Positions 57,945 to 64,000 of a stretch of DNA of 64,000 nucleotides are shown piece after piece; within the stretch, counting starts at the first letter, position 1; each line of letters opens with the position of its first letter. The translations under genes were made by a program, and so were the position numbers. The notes below the pieces were generated by a model. It searched no databases. It was not told where the DNA came from and was given only the letters and a program-made list of their open reading frames with translations. Source of the DNA: Veleropilina oligotropha (lineage: Eukaryota); NCBI GenBank assembly GCA_048128005.1, contig JBEUKZ010000058.1, positions 310,001 to 374,000 of the forward strand. The letters are read 5' to 3'.

Positions 57945-59062
57945 CTAATTACCAGTACCCATTGACCTCGAAGAACCAGATCGACCCTGGTTAGACATAT
58001 CATGACCCCAACTATTACTACCATGTCCCTGTCTCTCATCCCTTAACCGTTTCCGGCAATCTCTACTAACATGTCCAAATTTCTGACAATAATAACATTG
58101 TACATTTGATTTGGAAGCATGAGATGCATTTTGAGTTAGACTAGCATTAGGTGAGTCACATTTTACTGGGGTTGGGTTCGCTACTGCCTTATGAGTTAAC
58201 AGCTGCTTGGTCAGGTCGATGAGTCCCTTGGCCCAGGCTGGAGGATCTGTAAATGCATTGTCAGATTTAACTACATTACATGAATAATCAATAGATTGTT
58301 CCTTTACTTGTACTTTCGGGGTCTGCACATTCATCAAGCGCAATGTCACCGTTGGTTGGTCACGAATGCGTCGTTTCAACAGTCGTTGAAGGGAGATCAG
58401 CTTTATCCCTTCCGCAAACTGGTCTCGTACTAAATGTTCGCGTTCCTATGGCAGGTCTGACTTTTCCAGGATGGATATGAGTGCGTGCGAATAGTCCATG
58501 ACACTCTCTGACGGGGATTGGGTACACGTATAAAAGTCTCTCATGACTTGGGCAGAGGACGCACGGCTTCCGAATACTCTCTTATAAGAGCAGAAAACAG
58601 AAGTTCGGCTGTATCTGGCAACTACTGTCTCGCTTCTTCTTTATCAGCCCCTTGCAAGTAGTCCCGCAGGAAAATAACCGCTTCTTTACCACGGAGCTTC
58701 AGAGATTCGATAGTTCTCTTAGCTCTATCGATCCAAAGGCATGGATCATCTTTGCCGGTATAAAGGGGCAATCTCACCGTTGGTGGCAACACGATACGAG
58801 TAGGAATCCCTGGTTGTGGAGATCGTGCATCATCAACTGCAGGCGATTGCAGTTCAACCAGCTCACGCTGCAAGGCCGCCAGCATATCGCTCTCCATCTC
58901 GCTGTGTTGAGCACGCCTTTCGATGTCTGGACGGGTAAGAGGGGCAGGGGTATTCTTTTCGTTGGTAAGGGTAGGGGATTCTCTCCGCTGGTAGGGGTAG
59001 GGGGATTCTCGCCGCCGGTCACCATGGAACAGTGAATCAGCAACTAAGCTCAGCTCGATCAT
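57945..59062 (-). pseudogene. Disrupted Gypsy/PNMA-like gag with a CCHC zinc knuckle
   Basis: RLPLYTGKDDPCLWIDRA..FLRDYLQGADKEE, ..LVRDQFAEG.. and CYYCQKFGHVSRDC, broken by stops and frameshifts between 58380 and 58622. Confidence 0.85.
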
Positions 59063-60456
59063 CGATGCCCTCCTTCTCTCCCCTGGTCACCGATAATTAC
59101 AAGTTATACTCCGTCCACATCCCACTTCTAACACCAAATGTTACCTCTGCGCTCACGTCGAATGGGGTTGGGATGTGGATAGATGACACAGTTTGGAGTA
59201 TACAACAGTTTATTTGGTCTTAATAAGTGATATTCATTGACAAAACAGTGTCAAACAGTGACCACGTCACCCGTGCAATCAATCAGTGAATCAAACAAGT
59301 GAGAACCAGTGACCAGTACATTATCATTGACCACCAGTGACCAGGGGAGTGTCCGCTACCCCCACGCTACACGATCGAGAATGTACACGAACCGCTCAAT
59401 AACACAAGCACACGGTAACAGAAATATCGTTCAACTGCCAAATCGCGGTTTTCAAAACAAGGGAGGTAACTTAAACCGACCCGGTCACACATGCTACACA
59501 GTCACGAAAAGAGCGCATTTAGGGGCAATAGTCTATTTAAACATGCATAATGTATTACATATGCTGTAGGTTTAACGGTGAAATTAAAAATAACAACATT
59601 AAAAAAATAATATTAATTGTTGACCACCGGTTGTTGCGGACATATCTTCTGTCCTTATTTCGCCACGATATTTTTACCGTGATAGCAGCAATACCACAAG
59701 ACTGAAGTTATTATAAGTAGTCGTGTGACGTCGCGGTACAGACGATGCTTTGAATACCGCATTACGTTGAACCACGAGGCGCTAGCCAAGTGGTTAAAGG
59801 CCATAAGGTATTCAATGCATCGTGTTTACTAAGACGTTTCTCGACAACGTATTTATCTTGCTGTCACTCATTATGCTAACATGATTTAACAAACTCATGA
59901 CTTGGCTCATAGCACTGTTGTTGTATATAATCATGACCGTGATGTATATGCATTGAAAATGGCAACGTTTACATTTGTCTTTAGCAGACGACGGCTTCAG
60001 TAACACCTTACTGAAAGTTGTTCAATGAGAACATTTTTTTGACAACATGACGCCAGCCGTGGTATAAGTTTTCCTATACCACGGCGGTGTTTGTAATCAG
60101 TTTATAAAATGACGTCAGACAATCAGAAGAGATGATACACGGCAAAAGCAAGATACTGAATGTTCATGTCGATATACCAGCTACTATATTGTTAAAGATA
60201 CTCGTCATTGTTTCCATCTTCTAACTTACTAAACAATTTTTACAACACGGAGTAATGGTAATTAATCCCGCTGACTAACACTGATCCTAATGCCCATGAA
60301 ATATATGCCTAACCCTAAACTGCGTATATATATACCATTGGCTTTAGGGTCAGTGTTAATAAGCAGGATGCGTTACCATTATAATATTTTTCACGTGAAT
60401 CTTGCCCGGAAAATGAAAAATTGCGTCTGTAGTTAAAATAATTGGAAATAATACAT

Positions 60457-60772
60457 GTGCCGTCGTGGCTCAGTGGGTTGTTCACTGGACTCTGGTCACA
60501 GAGTCTCGAGTTCGCCCCAAAGCTCGGCGATTTCACTTGGGCAAGGAAATAAGAATATATTTGCCTCGGTCCACCCAGCCGACCTGAATGGGTACCTGGT
60601 TGGCAGTTATGTAAGTCACGGCGCTACCCGCGTGTATATGACTGTAATGCTCCCAGAGGGAGTTGAGATGGCATATCGAGTGGGAGAGGCCAATAACCAG
60701 GGGTAATAATGTTCAGCGCATTGAGACACTAGCGTAATAATGCGCTATATAAGACCTGAGTATTATTATTAT
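60457..60772 (+). mobile_element. Full-length tRNA-derived SINE with a conserved central domain and an L2-like tail
   Basis: Box A GTGGCTCAGTGG, a degenerate box B, CTTGGGCAAG..TTGCCTC and TCCACCCAGC..AATGGGTACC, ending AGCGCATTGAGAC..GCGCTATATAAG..(TAT)n. Confidence 0.8.
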
Positions 60773-63700
60773 CATAATAGAATATTGGAAGCAATTACCA
60801 TCTTTCTAGTTTTTTGTTTCAAACCAAAGTTGAAAAGAAAGAAGATGGACAAGATGACGAACTTTTGAGATTTCCATCTTTAAAACTGTACATCATATCA
60901 GTGAATAATGAAGATTTAAAGCTGAAATGTCAAGTGTCACATGGACCCCGTAGGATTCCGACATTCGGAGTCAAGCATGAGAAAACAGGGTATGAAGCAT
61001 ATACACCATTTCAGTGGAATACGGTTTGCATAGGCACACATGCGTCTCAATAACCACTGAACACAGTAGTTTGGATGCCGGCCACATCGGCATATGTGAT
61101 ACGACAAAGCCAATTTGATTGAATTTCAAATTTGTTTATTTGCTGAAAAATCCCCAAAAGTATAATCACACCATATATGGTGCCAATTGAGGCTGTTTAA
61201 TCTAATAGTCACCAATTGCTGGATCCAGATCACCCAATATGCCTGCTACTGGTTGCCTGACGTCATAGTTTTGACTTATTAAACTGATCATCCAATCAAC
61301 TAAATTAATGCAGATATTTTCTCGTGATATTAATTCCCAGTTATGTACCTTGGGTGCACGGTCGCCGAACTCTCCGTCCCAAGAGGGGTATTATCGCCTG
61401 TAGACCAGCTGTCGTATAATATACGAAAAGAAGGACGGGCGACATAGTCCAGAGATACCAAATGTGATGACAGGCCGTAATATAATACTCATCCTTTAAT
61501 CTCATTACCGATGATTACCAGATGGAGAGAGTGCCCGCATCGATCGCAGCGCAATCGCGAGATGGGGTAATAGGCCGCTCCAAGAGGAAATGATCACCGC
61601 TTAAAGTACAGGGCATCATCGAACCATCGCAGACAAGAGGATTCAATTTCCGCGAATTAAATACATCACTAAATATAGGAGCTTTGACAAAGGTCACAAG
61701 TCACCTCGAACTGCGCCTTTGTTTCAATGTCTTGGAATATTGGTACCTCTGGTGCTCGTTCCGATCTTCATCATTGTAGAGCTTCTATACAGTCTTACAT
61801 TGTTGGAAGTAGGTCAGGACACGTTATTTCTTTTCAAGTAAACGTAATTCGTTGTAGGTTAACAATATTTCCTCAAATAACTTTCGGAAGGTCTTGAAGA
61901 AAAAATCATGAACAGACAGAATGGTTAACAAATTTAAAGAATGGATACTCGTCGTACTATATATGCATACGCCTATTTTGCTTCTCAGATATGAGAGAAT
62001 GGTTCATCAACGAAAGGAAGCTTGAGCCCGTTGGTTCATCCAATACAACGTCGATGTGGATTGCTTCAAATATGATTACAGATGTTAATTATAAAGCACT
62101 CAAATCGCAATATATAATCTGTGAACAGTGCAAGTTGTGAAATGTTCGTATTGAAGTCTCTCGAGAGCGTTCGTGTAGTCATGGTGACCATACTGTATAG
62201 GAGCACTAGCTCGGATCACGGCGAGGAGAGTGACAGGCTCCCACTTTTTCTCCATCGAGGTTGTACATATTTATTGAACTTCTAATAAAGGTGATGTCGT
62301 TCAGTTCAGTCACAACACGGCGCGTCGCTACCCTATCGCGTAGAGAAGGAGTTATATAAATATGTACAGCCTCCATCAAGAACAGGATCGATGGACCCTG
62401 TCAATTCTTTACAGTGGATCCGTGCTCATTTAATTATAATTTCAAAATGATTTATTTCGGCTTAAAATCAAATTAGCTAATACGAGTTAACTTTGCATCA
62501 ATATTATAACACGGAAGTAACAAATAAATGACATGAGCTTTTGCTTTACCTTATTAAAGGGAGGGAGGGAGGAATGATGCTTAATGTCCTGTATATTTAC
62601 AACATCGAGGTTCAAGGCGAGGGAGGAAACCCCGGTCGCCCGGGTAAACCCGCCCTCTTCGGCCAGTCACGGACAACTGTGATTCATAACTTACTCTACC
62701 CACTGCGCTGCCGAAGCGACACGTTATTAAAGAGGTCAATAAACAATTTTGTACCGTATTTAATAGAGAACTAACGTTGTATTTACATGGAGTCCACCTA
62801 CGAAAATTCGGAACTAATCAACGAAATCCAACTTCGGCAGAGTGGCGACATTATATGATTTCGTGTTTTTAAACGAAAAATAAACTGAAAAATAAATCGT
62901 TAACGTAAATTCAAATTACCATTTGCACTATTTTCAAATCACTCCCTGAAAATGTTTTGGTTGTTGTTGAAGTATAACGAACTGTCATCCTTTTAACAAA
63001 TAATTACAGCCACAAGTATCGAAATCAGGACACCTAATATTATTTTAATTATTAAATAAATTAATGCTGCTGTGCGCTATTACTAAATAATTATGTGTTG
63101 CTAACTTAGTACTTTTTATAACATTGAGTATATAAGATGGAAGTTGACGCCGGTCATGTTTTATAAGCAGCACGTCGCGTGTAAAAACATAATCAAAGGC
63201 GTTAGATTAGAAAAACAAGTTTATATTTACAAAATTAATAGTTGACCAGTGATGACAATCAATCTGTTGTTTCTGTAAATAACTAACCACCCGCTAAACA
63301 TTTCATGTACAAATGTCTCTAATTCGTATTATCTTATAAAATAGGAAGGAAACACTATCAAAGTTACGTGAGGCGCTATAGATAAGCATAAAGATAAGAA
63401 GGTGAAATTTGTCTGTCTAATTACCGTCATTTCCTTGCGCATCATTAGCGCAAAGCGGCGAATCATTGATGACTGGATGTGTTACATAACCAGAAGAGCC
63501 TAGCCTAATTATGAGGTTGCTTATAACAAAAGACTTTTTAATACAAACATAATATTGTTGACTGGAGATATGTTATTATTAACGTTTTTCGATTTCATAC
63601 ATTAATACGATTCAGCGTTTAAAAGAAAAGGCAATTGGTATTGTTTAAAAAAGGTCGCATTCGGTTTTTGTAGAATTTTTATAGTCGCATATTCAATAAT

Positions 63701-64000
63701 TAATTAGCATTATATTATGTTTTCTATTGAAATTCAAAATTGAATTATTAACACTTGATAATTGCGAAATGATTTTAATGTTGTAATGTTGGACTTTCAT
63801 GTAAGCCTATGAAGCTACTTTTCATCGATAATGCGTCTTTTCATCGTAACATGTGTCGCATGCTATATTTAGCTTCACACTCCAGTGACTTTAACCAATC
63901 AATAACCTCGTGTTAATAATGGGTATGAATGCTAATTTATTTACACCAATCAACGATCAGGTCTTAAAACGATTCATCGTACTAGCGTAAATGGCCAGCT

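Larger units (their letters stand above)
57076..59489 (-). mobile_element. Non-autonomous gag-only Ty3/Gypsy LTR retrotransposon
   Basis: LTRs at 59139..59489 and 57076..57297 (TG...CA); 4-bp TSD CATG; primer-binding site TGGTGTTAGAAGTGGGAT (tRNA-Leu-like, 59136..59119); purine-rich tract before the 3' LTR; no pol. Confidence 0.92.
54912..59536. mobile_element. Kolobok-like MITE expanded to 4.6 kb by a nested HINE and a nested LTR element
   Basis: Left TIR at 54912, middle part at about 56848-57075, right TIR ending at 59536|TTAA; the pieces join to match 53876..54314. Confidence 0.85.

Noticed and set aside
62200..62430. Degenerate inverted repeat (gttgtacatatttat / ataaatatgtacagc)
   Set aside because: Probably an old MITE, but I could not define its termini or TSD.

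Overview
This is AT-rich, repeat-dense eukaryotic (animal, probably marine invertebrate) DNA, not prokaryotic. It holds two intact spliced genes arranged head-to-head. One is an AP-3 sigma subunit gene (AP3S, minus strand, 6 coding exons, 7019..648, 190 aa, with one GC-AG intron). The other is cysteine dioxygenase type 1 (CDO1, plus strand, 4 coding exons, 19383..51417, 228 aa). From recalled knowledge, CDO1 and AP3S1 are also divergent near-neighbours on human 5q. The rest is mostly nested transposon material: Tc1/pogo-like, Harbinger-like and Kolobok-like MITEs, Helitron and Helentron-type (HINE) elements, CR1/L2/RTE LINE fragments, tRNA-derived SINEs, Penelope-like remnants carrying minimal hammerhead ribozyme motifs, and a gag-only Ty3/Gypsy LTR element. 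There are also a 277-bp tandem array of tRNA-like cloverleafs, several minisatellites and long (TA)n tracts. Most ORFs in the supplied track are artefacts of these repeats. All calls were made by eye; TE family names are inferred from termini and target-site duplications (TSDs).
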